From: the human T2T-CHM13v2.0 reference genome, Homo sapiens
NCBI RefSeq assembly: GCF_009914755.1
Contig: NC_060929.1
Strand: one strand, 5' to 3'
DNA: 64,000 nucleotides
Shown here: piece after piece, positions 1 through 15,298 of the stretch
Position numbering within the stretch: the stretch's first letter is position 1
How the letters are laid out: each line of letters starts with the position of its first letter
Notes under the pieces: generated by a model
What the model was told of the DNA's origin: nothing
Database searches by the model: none
The model's input: only the letters and a program-made list of their open reading frames with translations
Translations under genes and position numbers: made by a program

Positions 1-54
1 GTTTTAAAGCAATTGGGGGCCATATTGAAAACCCCCTCCTCCTTGTGGTGGCTC

Positions 55-265
55 CTTAGAAAGTCCTGGCATTCGCTCTGATTAGACCAACGTGGATCAT
101 GTGTCTATTTATGAGCCAGTCACTGTGAAAATTGTTCAGATTGACTTGGGCTTAGATGGCATACATTTATCTGAAGTTCTGATGGAGCATGGATTAAAGT
201 CATGGAGAGATGCTTTACCAAGAAAATTAAGGGGTTGTAATCAGAATAAAGGGAAAATGATTGTT
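55..265 (-). mobile_element. Degraded MaLR LTR fragment (MLT1J/K-like)
   Basis: Motifs 'aagtcctggcattcgctctgattagaccaac...ggatcatgtg...gccagtcactgtg' resemble old MLT1J/K in reverse orientation. Boundaries approximate. Confidence 0.45.
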
Positions 266-314
266 GTTATTAAATATGAAAGAATTCTGCTTACATCATC
301 TTAAAATAGGTTAA

Positions 315-660
315 TATGAACTCTGTAGAAGGTACTGTGCAAGGTACTGAGCATTCAGAGTTGAATTAGACATGGTCCTACTTTTGAGAGGTTTATAGTC
401 TACTGAGAAGACAACTGTATAAGGCAATAAGTATACTAGTGTGTTATGTGTTTTGTAACAGCAGTGCAAGTGAAGTGGTAAATGAAAAGAGAGGACGTAA
501 AAGTTACTAGTATTCACTCCATCTGGGGTATGGCAGGTCTTGGAGTTGGTGGAGATGTTTGAAAACACTCCACATAATGAGTTTTTTTGAACTGGATTTG
601 ACAGATAAATGAGGGTAAAAGAGATGGGGATGGAGAGGGAAGCATTAAATCAGAAGAACA
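315..660 (-). mobile_element. LINE-2 3' region relic
   Basis: 'aggtactgtgcaaggtactgag...agacatggtcctac...tttatagtcta' is typical of the antisense L2 3' end. Confidence 0.55.
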
Positions 661-1124
661 AAATATTTCTACCAGTTACAAATAGGAGATATAGCTTCTG
701 TGAGGATGGCCTGCCACCACTAAACTGTTAAAATGATTAGACTTAAAACATTCATCTCTGGCTGTTTATGTGCCTGTCCAAACCAGAGCTTATGTTTGGT
801 TTCATTTCTTTTTGAGAATTTTAATCACATACAATTATGGCATATACTATATTTATTGTGTGGAGGTGATCAAGAGTGGAGTCTGACAGACAAATGTATT
901 TAAGTGATAAAGAATTAACTCATCTAATCCTTATAACAAAGCTGTCTTATGAACATATAAACAGTCATTAATTTCATGCCAATGCCCTTTGTGTTTCCAT
1001 GTTATTTCTACTTATTTTATGTGGGGATATCACTTTTTGTGGTTAAATACTCTAATTCACTGGAATGTTAAAATATTAAATTCAGAGTCCTATTGATGTT
1101 TTTATAATAATAGTTAATGGTAGT

Positions 1125-1342
1125 GCCTTTAATCCAAATAAGTTTGTATTTTAACCTTGGATTCCAACACCAGCTGTGTGATCTTGTAAAATTACTCAGA
1201 CTCTCTGGGCCTCTATTCTATCATTAAAGTGATTATAATAGTATAATCCCTTAGGATTTTTATGGCGATTAAAGACATAATATATGCAAGTGCTTAGTAG
1301 AATCTTTGGGACAAAATAAATGTTTATTAAATGTGACTGCTA
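1125..1342 (+). mobile_element. MIR SINE
   Basis: MIR core 'agctgtgtgatcttg...ctctctgggcctc' and 3' part 'atatgcaagtgcttag...taaatgtttattaaatg'. Confidence 0.75.
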
Positions 1343-2520
1343 GAATGACAATAAAAGCAATTTGATGGTTTAATAACCAAATCACTGTTGAAATGGATTA
1401 CCATAGACCCATTTTGCTCAGAATGCTGATCTTCATTATTCTAATTAAAGATAATTCAATCATAGAGCCCCATTTTAAAAAAATGAATTTTTTCATAGAG
1501 CATTGATCACAGGATTGGGTGTGACAGTGTCCCAATCTTAGTTCTTTCACGGTTAGGTTTTGTTATGAACCCAAAGCTTCCTCTTAAGACTTCAGTTTTT
1601 GCATTCATAAAATGACATTAATGACCTCTACTGCCTTTTAAATAAAAAAATTATATATTTTTAATACCATAAGTAGCCCTTTACAATAGCCCTTCTTGCT
1701 CACTAGCCTGTGGTTTTATCAAAAACATTTTGTTTTGTATAGTATATTCAGGCATTACATCGGAATATGAAAGTGCTGATTCAGCAAATGTGTTAAAGTT
1801 TCATTTTATGGTGAAGCATTTTATGAGAGTATGTGCATTAAACATCAAGTACAGAAAGCGCATACCCATTTAAGTGTAAATATATGTATATGTGACATTT
1901 ATCCTCCTATAAATAAGCCTGTGGATATACAAAAAAAGCAAAATATGATAAATATTTATTTCCTAAGCCTAGCTCTAAAAGATTTCACTTCCAAGCACTG
2001 TGAGCCTACCAGACAAATGCTGGCCTAAACTGAAAACTTTGAAATGTGCCTTAGGAGACAGGAGATTTTGATTTTGTAGCAATGATGCAGAGGGCCAATG
2101 TCAATGTAGCTCTCCTTCGAAGCATTTTGACTCAATAGCGAGGTCCATTTTCACATATGATTCTGATGACATTACCTAAGTGGAAAAGGATCCTCTTCCT
2201 ATAGTACCAGATCAATCTAAATGCTTTTGATAGTCTTCAGAAAGAAGAGCCAAGTACATTAAACAAAGTGAAGTCCTGGGGACTCAACAAAGCCTTCTAG
2301 CCTAAATGTATTAAGAGATTGTCTGAAGCAACAATTTCACTATCATGGCAGATGTGTTTATTTGGTTTTGATGCTGATATATATCCTCTTGTATTATCCA
2401 TCAATGGGAAAAGGGTTGGACACCACTAATGTACACTATGATCAAAAAATAAATACAATAGAACAATAACAAAAAAGAAAAACCAATTTTCTTAGAAGGT
2501 CATCTGAACTTAGTATACAT

Positions 2521-2811
2521 TATTTTATTATTCATTTATTTTAGAGAGAAGGTCTTACTCTCTTGCCCAGGCTGAACACAGTGGTTGTGATCACAGCTCT
2601 TTGTAACCTTGAATTCCTGGGCTTAAGTGATCCTCTGCCTCAGCCTTTCCAGTAGCTGGAGACTACAGGTGTGGGCCACCATGCCCACCTAATGGATATC
2701 AGGTTTTGCTATGTTGCTCAAGCTGGTCTCGAACTTCTGTCTGTAAGTGATCCTCCTGCTTCAGTCTCCAAAAGCACTGAGATTACAGATGTGAGTCACT
2801 GTGCCCGGTCC
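2521..2811 (-). mobile_element. AluJ lacking most of the central A-rich linker
   Basis: Both arms are recognisable with J-type 'gggcttaagtgatcctc'. 'cacctaat' runs almost directly into the left arm. Confidence 0.9.
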
Positions 2812-4344
2812 TTAACAGCATATTTTAAAGAAATGACACAGAAACACAGAAATCCCCGGAAGAACTTGCTATAGTACAGCATGGGGGCTGGGAGGGTGTT
2901 CTGCCATATTTAGTAAAGGACTGCAAAGATGGACACAGAGTACATATTAGAAAAATTCTGATTACCTGATGTACTCAAGCAAAATGGGAGTAGAATATAA
3001 ACCAGCAGAGCATTTAGAAAAGAGTACTGAACAATGAACTGGCTGTCCCAGGATGAAGCCCTGAATCCTCCACTAATAATGTCAGAGATATTGGCACATT
3101 CATAAACTCTCTGAGTTTCTTGTGTAAAATGGAATTTGTTTAGTCAAACTCATGTTATTGTGACACAAACTGTATAACATGTTTAAGTAATTTATAAATT
3201 TTATTTGTTAATTCAAAATTTAAATCTTGCACATTTATGAAGACCTACCTAAAACACTACAGGGAATGGCCAAATAAAAGACAAGGTATCTCTTACATCA
3301 AGTTCTTCCTGTATAGTTTACAGACAAGTGACATGCATGAATCAAGTAGAGAATGAGAGACAGTGAATTATGATATCTCTTCAACTATGTATAAACATAG
3401 CAGCTAGAAGCATTAAGTATGTATATTGAGTTTTTTCTCCTCTTCCAATAACTGGACTTTTGCTGGGCTCCACTTTTAATGGCTTTTTATATAAATGTTC
3501 TCCACAGCCTTCTCTCAACCATTTTTGCTGTATCCTTTCTCACAAGATGAACTTAATTACTCTGCCATCAATGCAAGGTGGAACTTCCTGTATTCTTCAC
3601 TGATACAACTATACTGGCTACCTACAGCCGGCAAATGTTCTGATTGCCCAGAGCCCATGCCCTGTTGCTGATGACCGGTACCATGTTAGTTATTAACTGT
3701 CGGCTTTACATGGATAACTCTTGTCCACATTTCCATCCTCCTTTCCAAACACTGCACCTGGAAGTCTTGCCAACTTGTTAAGGTTATTGCTAAACCTTAA
3801 CACATCACCCGCTTTCCTCACATTGGCTTTCTTTTTTCTAGTGCTTATTTTGATACAGGGTTTATTGTTTTAGTTGTCTCCCTTTCTCCATACTTATTAA
3901 GTGCTTTTTCTTTTCTTTTCCATTTTGAAATAACTCTTGTACACTTTTTTGTTCAGTTCATAATTACTGTACCTAAGTTGAGGGCCATTTCCTTGAATCA
4001 TTGCACATTTTTTTTTTTGCTCCTACTTCATTTTCTCTCTAATTTCACAACCAATGTTTACAAATTAACCTTAAGTCATTTTTTATTTTTAAAACTTCAA
4101 TGCTACTTCTCTAGTTAATAAAATCACCATTCAACAGGCTTTAGATTGATACTTTGAGTCCAACATACCTTCCCTTTCATATTTTCACTCACACACTGTA
4201 TGCTGTGTTCAAGTGCACTGAGACTTATTATATGCTAATCAGAAAAGACTTCATAGAAGAAGTAGTATCTGATAAGTGTCAGGAACCCTGCTTTATGCTT
4301 GTGTGAAACCCTGAATAAATCCCTTATGATATAATTTTCTCACT

Positions 4345-4580
4345 AGATCAAGTTTCCAAACCCACCCACCTCAGTGGTGCCTTCCCTGATTTTCGCACGG
4401 TAAAATGTGATTTCTCCCTATTTGAAAACTTCACGGTAGTTTGTTCTTGTTTAAAAATGACTTACTACTTTCTGCCTTTCATTATAATGATTTGTTTTAT
4501 ACTTGTAGTTCTCCCTCATTAGATTTCATGCTCCTTGAGAGAAGGAACTTTATCTTATATTCTTTGCAGTATCTTTGACT
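4345..4580 (+). mobile_element. LINE-2 3' end relic
   Basis: 'ccttccctga...attagatttcatgctccttgagagaaggaactttatcttat' matches the L2 3' terminus pattern. Confidence 0.6.
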
Positions 4581-4700
4581 ATATTTATATTTGATTTTTT
4601 GCAGTATCAGTGGCCATTGAATTGAAAGATTCCAACAGACAAACTAATGCTTGTTTTGACTCTCATTTACAGGACTGCAACTAAACTAAAATACAAAAAT

Positions 4701-4759
4701 TACACACACACATACATTCACACACAGACACACACACACACATACACACACACAAACAC
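4701..4759. repeat. Imperfect (CA)n microsatellite
   Basis: Directly visible. Confidence 0.95.
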
Positions 4760-5037
4760 TAAAATTAATCATCAATGGTGTGCTGGTATATCAGGTAATC
4801 AGAGTCTTCCTAGCACATAACCTGTGTCCATCTTTATTGTCCTCTGCTGAATGTGGCAGAACACCCTTTCAAACCCCATGCTTTACTGCAGATAGTTTTT
4901 TCTTTTATTATTATACTTTAAGTTTTAGGGTACATGTGCACATTGTGCAGGTTAGTTACATATGTATACATGTGCCATGCTGGTGCGCTGCACCCACTAA
5001 CTCGTCATCTAGCATTAGGTATATCTCCCGATGCTAT

Positions 5038-5060
5038 CCCTCCCCCCTCCCCCCACCCCA
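5038..5060 (-). other. G-rich tract (potential G-quadruplex) of the L1 3'UTR
   Basis: ccctcccccctccccccacccc on plus gives four G-runs on minus. Standard L1PA 3'UTR element. Confidence 0.7.
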
Positions 5061-5114
5061 CAACAGTCCCCAGAGTGTGATATTCCCCTTCCTGTGTCCA
5101 TGTGATCTCATTTT

Positions 5115-8970
<3,856 letters not shown>

Positions 8971-9006
8971 TTAGTTGATGCAGTTTCTTCCTAGTCTCGA
9001 TGGTCT

Positions 9007-10023
9007 TTACATTTTGGCATGATTTTGCAGCGGCTGGTACCGGTTGTTCCTTTCCATGTTTAGTGCTTCCTTCAGGAGCTCTTGTAAGGCAGGCCTGGTG
9101 GTGACAAAATCTCTCAGCATTTGCTTGTCTGTAAAGTATTTTATTTCTCCTTCACTTTTGAAGCTTAGTTTGGCTGGATATGAAATTCTGGGTTGAAAAT
9201 TCTTTTCTTTAAGAATGTTGAATATTGGCCCCCACTCTCTTCTGGCTTGTAGGGTTTCTGCCAAGAGATCCGCTGTTAGTGTGATGGGCTTCCCTTTGAG
9301 GGTAACCCGACCTTTCTCTCTGGCTGCCCTTAACATTTTTTCCTTCATTTCAACTTTGGTGAATCTGACAATTATGTGTCTTGGAGTTGCTCTTCTCGAG
9401 GAGTATCTTTGTGGCATTCTCTGTATTTCCTGAATCTGAACGTTGGCCTGCCTTGCTAGATTGGGGAAGTTCTCCTGGATAATATCCTGCAGAGTGTTTT
9501 CCAGCTTGGTTCCATTCTCCCCGTCACTTTCAGGTACGCCAATCAGACGTAGATTTGGTCTTTTCACATAGTCCCATATTTCTTGGAGGCTTTGCTCATT
9601 TCTTTTTATTCTTTTTTCTCTAAACTTCCCTTCTCACTTCATTTCATTCATTTCATCTACCATTGCTGATACCCTTTCTTCCAGTTGATCTCATTGGCTC
9701 CTGAGGCTTCTGCATTCTTCACGTAGTTCTCGAGCCTTGGTTTTCAGCTCCATCAGCTCCTTTAAGCACTTCTCTGTATTAGTTATTCTAGTTATACATT
9801 CTTCTAAATTTTTTTCAAAGTTTTCAACTTCTTTGCCTTTGGTTTGAATGTCCTCCCATAGCTCAGAGTAATTTGATCGTCTGATGCCTTCTTCTCTCAG
9901 CTCGTCAAAGTCATTCTCCATCCAGCTTTGTTCCATTGCTGGTGAGGAACTGCGTTCCTTTGGAGGAGGAGAGGCGCTCTGCTTTTTAGAGTTTCCAGTT
10001 TTTCTGTTCTGTTTTCTCCCCAT
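9007..10023 (-). pseudogene. ORF1: L1 ORF1 (RNA-binding chaperone), 338-codon frame with two nonsense codons
   Basis: MGRKQNRKTGNSK...QNHAKM, 1017 nt in one frame. TGA at codon 111 (9691-9693) and codon 130 (9634-9636). Confidence 0.97.
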
Positions 10024-10929
10024 CTTTGTGGTTTTATCTACCTTTGGTCTTTGATGATGGTGATGTAGAGATGGGTTTTTGGTGTGGATGTCCTTTCTGT
10101 TTGTTAGTTTTCCTTCTAACAGAGAGTACCCTCAGCTGCAGGTCTGTTGGAATACCCTGCCATGTGAGGTGTCAGTGTGCCCCTGCTGGGGGGTGCCTCC
10201 GAGTTAGGCTGCTCAGGGGTCAGGGGTCAGGGACCCACTTGACGAGGCAGTCTGCCCGTTCTCAGATCTCCAGCTGCGTGCTGGGAGAACCACTGCTCTC
10301 TTCAAAGCTGTCAGACAGGGACATTTAAGTCTGCAGAGGTTACTGCTGTCTTTTTGTTTGTCTGTGCCCTGCCCCCAGAGGTGGAGCCTACAGAGGCAAG
10401 CAGGCCTCCATGAGCTGTGGTGGGCTCCACCCAGTTCGAGCTTCCTGGCTGCTTTGTTTACGTAATCAAGCCTGGGCAATGGCGGGCGCCCCTCCCCCAG
10501 CCTTGCTGCCGCCTTGCAGTTTGATCTCAGACTGCTGTGCTACCAATCAGCGAGACTCCGTGGGCGTAGGATCCTCCGAGCCAGGTGCGGGATATAATCT
10601 CATGGTGCGCCGTTTTTTAAGCCAGTCGGAAAAGCATAGTATTTGGGTGGGAGTGACCCGATTTTCCAGGTGCCGTCGGTCACCCCTTTCTTTGACTCAG
10701 AAAGGGAACTCCCTGACCCCTTGCGCTTCCCAAGTGAGGCAATGCCTCGCCCTGCTTTGGCTCACGCACAGTGCGCGCACCCACTGACCTGCGCCCACTG
10801 TCTGGCACTCCCTAGTGAGATGAACCCGGTACCTCAGCTGGAATTGCAGAAATCACCCGTCTTCTGCGTCCCTCACGCTGGCAGCTGTAGACCAGAGCTG
10901 TTCCTATTCGGCCATCTTGGCTCCTCCCC
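10024..10929 (-). promoter_or_regulatory. L1 5'UTR: internal sense promoter plus antisense promoter firing toward higher coordinates; YY1 site at 10910-10919
   Basis: CpG-rich L1PA 5'UTR with intact CAAGATGGCC YY1 motif on minus. Confidence 0.85.
10479..10787 (+). CDS. ORF0: Antisense L1 ORF0, open (102 codons in this copy); expression unknown
   Basis: MAGAPPPALLPPCSLISDCCATNQRDSVGVG... matches primate L1 ORF0. Strong Kozak context gcaATGg. Splice donors after +106 (10584) and +191 (10669). Confidence 0.75.
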   Translation: MAGAPPPALLPPCSLISDCCATNQRDSVGVGSSEPGAGYNLMVRRFLSQSEKHSIWVGVTRFSRCRRSPLSLTQKGNSLTPCASQVRQCLALLWLTHSARTH

Positions 10930-11639
10930 CTGCAGATAGTTTTTTTAGAAAATTTATTTCATTCAACAATCTGAATGAATTTTTCCTCTTATGCATAAAC
11001 TTAGAAGCCATGATTGCTACTATTTGTGTTTTCTTTTCTAATATATTTTAATATAATATCTTATTCCATTGGCAAATAAAATCAGTGCTTCCAGGTAAAT
11101 AAAAATTGGCTAGCCTATTTATTTATTATTTATTTATTTTAAATTCACTTTCTAGTTGAAAGAGACTTAAAGTGCTGTCAATTCACAAACTTCTGTCTCT
11201 GAAAATAACATGGCAATTTTCCCCGGTGATAGTGTTTCTGTAGCTGTTTAAACCCAGTTAAAATTTCACATACAATAATGGGTTCTATTAATCTTTTAGA
11301 AAGCAGTCACTTCAAAAGACAATAGTTAAATGAGATGAAGAGTGATGATGCCTCATCAGTATATAGAGTGAAGCTAAAAGTCTTTTAAATATATCTCCAT
11401 CCACTGAGGTCACTGTCATAAAGATAAACTATCTCCTTATCACCACAAGATGGTGACACTTTCTGAACCAGGATTTGATAATGGATGGACCTTAGATGTA
11501 AATTATTATGAATGTACATGCAATTTTAATTACCATTTATTCTTTCTGCAGAATTGTATCAAGTGGCCACAGTATCCTGGGAATTGTATGAGAGGCTAAA
11601 CCTATAAAAAAGATTTTGTTCTAAATGTATTCTTTAATA

Positions 11640-11815
11640 TATTTACTGTAATAGATGCTCTTTGGAGAAAAAAATCCTCTTGTCAAATAATGTTGGGAAA
11701 CATCTCTATCTCCCTTTTAGAAACGTACGTGCATATTAGCATATGACAATTTCAGATAATGCCGGCACTAAAAAACACCCTGCTTGACTTTGTTTACTAC
11801 AGTTTCTCCCACACG
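11640..11815. mobile_element. hAT-Charlie MITE relic (MER103-like)
   Basis: 'gtcaaataatgttgggaaaca...gcatattagcat...cctgcttgactttgtttactacagtttctccca' resembles MER103C. Confidence 0.55.
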
Positions 11816-13379
11816 TTTTTGACAAGAAAATGTTTGTGTTTATGTCCCCTCTTGCCTGGTCATAACTGTCACCAATAGATAATGCTCTGGATAAGCCTCT
11901 GGGACTTTCCATCATCTCAGTATAACTTATAAAGTCTTGATTACACACTGACATACACATATGGAGGAAGACACACATCCCATAGGAAACTTGCCCCTTG
12001 TATGGAAGATGAATAAGATTTCAATTTTTATCCTCACTCGCAATCTGTTTAACTTTGAGAAAATCACTTCACCTCTCTGGGCCAAATTATTTCCATTGCA
12101 TACAAGTAAAAATAACAATGAATTTGTACTCTAAAGTTGAGGAGCAGATCTTATGATGGCTGTTAGTATTATGATGATAGCATAACCTTATGATGATATT
12201 ACCACCAACTTTGAGAATGAGAATGTATGCTTATAATACTATTAGGATGAAATATAAACTATAGTGCACCTAACAAGTTATGAACACATGTGAAGAACAT
12301 GTTGGGTTTGGCTCACATCCAGGTGATATAGCTTATTTAAAGATACATGGCTCTCCTGAAGCGACGTCTGGAGATTTTGGGTGATTTTCTCCCAGTTTTC
12401 TAGAATATAGCACTAAAAGGTTTTTACTGTTCACTTATACATGATTAGATTTGGCTATGCATGTCCCTGAAATAGTTGATAAAGAAAATATATGATTGAC
12501 TTGAGCAATTGAAAGGATGTAAAATTTCATAATAAATAAAAGCAGTTATTAAGAATTTTTAGGGAGCCAGTGTACCAAGAGAAAATTGAATGCTGTGATG
12601 ATATTTAATATAAATTCAATCCAAAACAGCCATTTTATGGAAACCCAATGAGTTAATCAACACTATTTCAGAGGTTATATAGACATGGGCAAGAGATTTA
12701 TGCTATTTTACTAATAAATAATCTTTGTTATACTTTCTTTTAAATGTAAGAAATTTTAAAGTTTCAAAAAGAGGTAAATTTATTACCTGAGTTCTAAATC
12801 TGTCCCTAAAGAGCTGGGTGACATTAGGCAATGTCACTTTACTTCTATGCTCTCATGTTTTATATATACAGAGAAAGACTTCAACCATATCTATTTTCAG
12901 ATATAAAAATTATTATCAAAGAAATAATGCAGAGATGTCAGAACTCTGATGAAAATGAAGGTAAGTCATTCCAATACATATTTTCTATTCACCTCAGTTG
13001 AAAAGTGACCTTTAGTATAAAGTTATTTGAAAATACTAATTCATGGGTAAATTCAGTTATAGCTACTTTGAGTTAATATGATTTGTGGAAATGCACAATT
13101 CAAATGGTATTGGATGTATATTTGAGAGATTGCAACAGTCTAATAAGTTACTAAATATGAAGGAGTCATGAGACAGACATCATACTCAAGCATTACAAAA
13201 TTTAGTTGTGTGGTCCTTCTACAGAGCCAAAGAAAATATCTTACTTAACATCTTAGAAAAAGTGTGTGTTTGAGCCATGGAAATAATAATATAGATACAT
13301 TTTAATCACCTTTTGGTAGCAAGGAATAAATGCAATGTATAAAGACCACAGGCCACATTGCCTATCTTTAAACTCTAGA

Positions 13380-13570
13380 ACTGAAACTCCCCGGGCAGTT
13401 CTTTCAGTTATGTGCTTTGGGGAAGGAACCCTCATTCTCTATGGTTCAGTTTTCTCATCTGAAAAACAGGAATAATAATAGTAAGTATCTTACAAAACGT
13501 TTTTTGGTAATTAACAATGCATGCAAAACACAGTAGCTGTTTCTTACAGAAAGTGCTTTATTAATGTAAG
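13380..13570 (+). mobile_element. MIR SINE
   Basis: 'ttcagttttctcatctgaaaaacaggaataataatagta' MIR core. Confidence 0.65.
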
Positions 13571-14543
13571 CAAATTTTAAGATTAATACTCAAAAACTAG
13601 TTTCAATAAAGGTAGAGTAACTTGATTTATACTAATTATTCTGCTAATAACAATAATAAGCAATTATTAAAATACTGCTATAAAACAATTGTCTAAAGCA
13701 CTGGAAACTAGAAGAGAAACAATCCTTTTTAAAAAAAGGATTTTAAAAAATTCTGAGAGTTTTGGAATTCAATAGCTTTTCTCCAAAGGAACCTCTAATA
13801 TACCTTGGAACCTTCTAGGTGCAAGGCCTACAAAAACACAGAAGCAGGCTGCATCTGGGAGAATAAAGACTTGGGCAGAAATTAAAGCAGCTCTATGTTT
13901 GAGAAACATTTGGGGTTCAAGTCTTAACAAGTTAGAGGGGTTCAGTAAACACCTTGGGATTTTCATGGAAATCCCAGAAGAACCATGTCTTACAAGTAAA
14001 GATAAACGGCTACATCCTAGTTCTAAGAGCAAAACCAGTATTCTTAACAGCCCCACTTAGAACAGAGCTTAAATAAGATAAATCAAACTTCCCATTTTCT
14101 AATTCCCTACTGAAACAAAACACTTTTTTTTAGAAATGATGACATAATTCAGATTTTCTACAACATGGTATGCATAATGTCCGGTGTGCAGCTAAAATTT
14201 AAAATGTGTAGCAATAAAGAGGAAAATTGAACACAAAATTAAAAAGAAAAAACAGAAACAGACCTACAGATGACCCAGATACTGGAATTAGCAATAAAAT
14301 TCATTAAAGCAGGCTTAATATACATTAAAATGGGTTTTATACATATATGAGAGGAATCAGGAAAACATGATGAAAATAGGTAAACAGATGGAGAGCCAAA
14401 GCAGAGATGGAAAAATCTAAAAAGGAACCACATGGAATTATTACAAGAGAATAATATATCATCTACAGTATAAAAGATCTTTGGACGGACTAGACATAGC
14501 AGAAAAATGAATCAACATGTGAAAACAAATAAAATATCAAAGA

Positions 14544-15082
14544 TGCTAGAACCCCCCAAACACTTTAAGCCTTGAGAAAGATGTGACTGTAATCCAAGTC
14601 ACGTATGGTTACAACTTCTGTTCTTAGATTATAGATTAAATCGCTTTCTTTTTTTTTTAATTCTTTACAATGACTGGAGAGAATTAAATGATGTAAGGAA
14701 CAAAAAAATCCTGCTTTTCTAATTAATGACCCTTATTATAGATTAACTTCTTGTTGTCCTGCTTTGATTAGACAAGATGACAGAAAACCCATGTTTATTA
14801 CATCTTGTGTAAAACATGTTAAATGTTCATTTCCTAAAAAGAAGCACTGACTATAACCAGTCAAAATGCCGTAACTATGTGCCAAACTTGTGTGAATAAT
14901 GTTGTAATCTTCCAAAAAACTCCTTTGTCTCTGCCTATAGAATGAAACACTAACTTCTCTGCTTCGGAATGCTGACTCCATTGCTCTGCAGTTGGAGTTT
15001 CCAGGTGGTCCATTCTCACACTTTGTGCTAGAATAAGCTTTTTAAATTCGATTCTGACCCTTTTGGTTAATTTAAGTTGGCA
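14544..15082 (+). mobile_element. Solo ERV LTR (LTR47/MER72-like; family uncertain)
   Basis: TG...CA termini, polyA-signal-like 'gaataagc' near the 3' end, interrupts the L1M ORF1 region. Flanks aaga/aaca match imperfectly. Confidence 0.6.
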
Positions 15083-15179
15083 AACAGTTACAAGGACACA
15101 TCACTAGAAATTATTTGAACTGAAACACAGAATATATGAAAATGAAAAGTCATAATAGAGCCTGTAAGTCTTGTATCAT

Positions 15180-15298
15180 GGCCAGGTGCAGTGGCTCACA
15201 TCTGTAATCTCAGCACTTTTGGAGGCTGAGGTGAGAGGATCACTTGAGCCCAGTACAAGATCAGCCTGGGCAATATAGCAAGATCCCATCTCAAAAAA
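15180..15298 (+). mobile_element. Free left Alu monomer (FLAM_C-like)
   Basis: Left-arm sequence ending in 'catctcaaaaaa' with no right arm. Confidence 0.85.
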
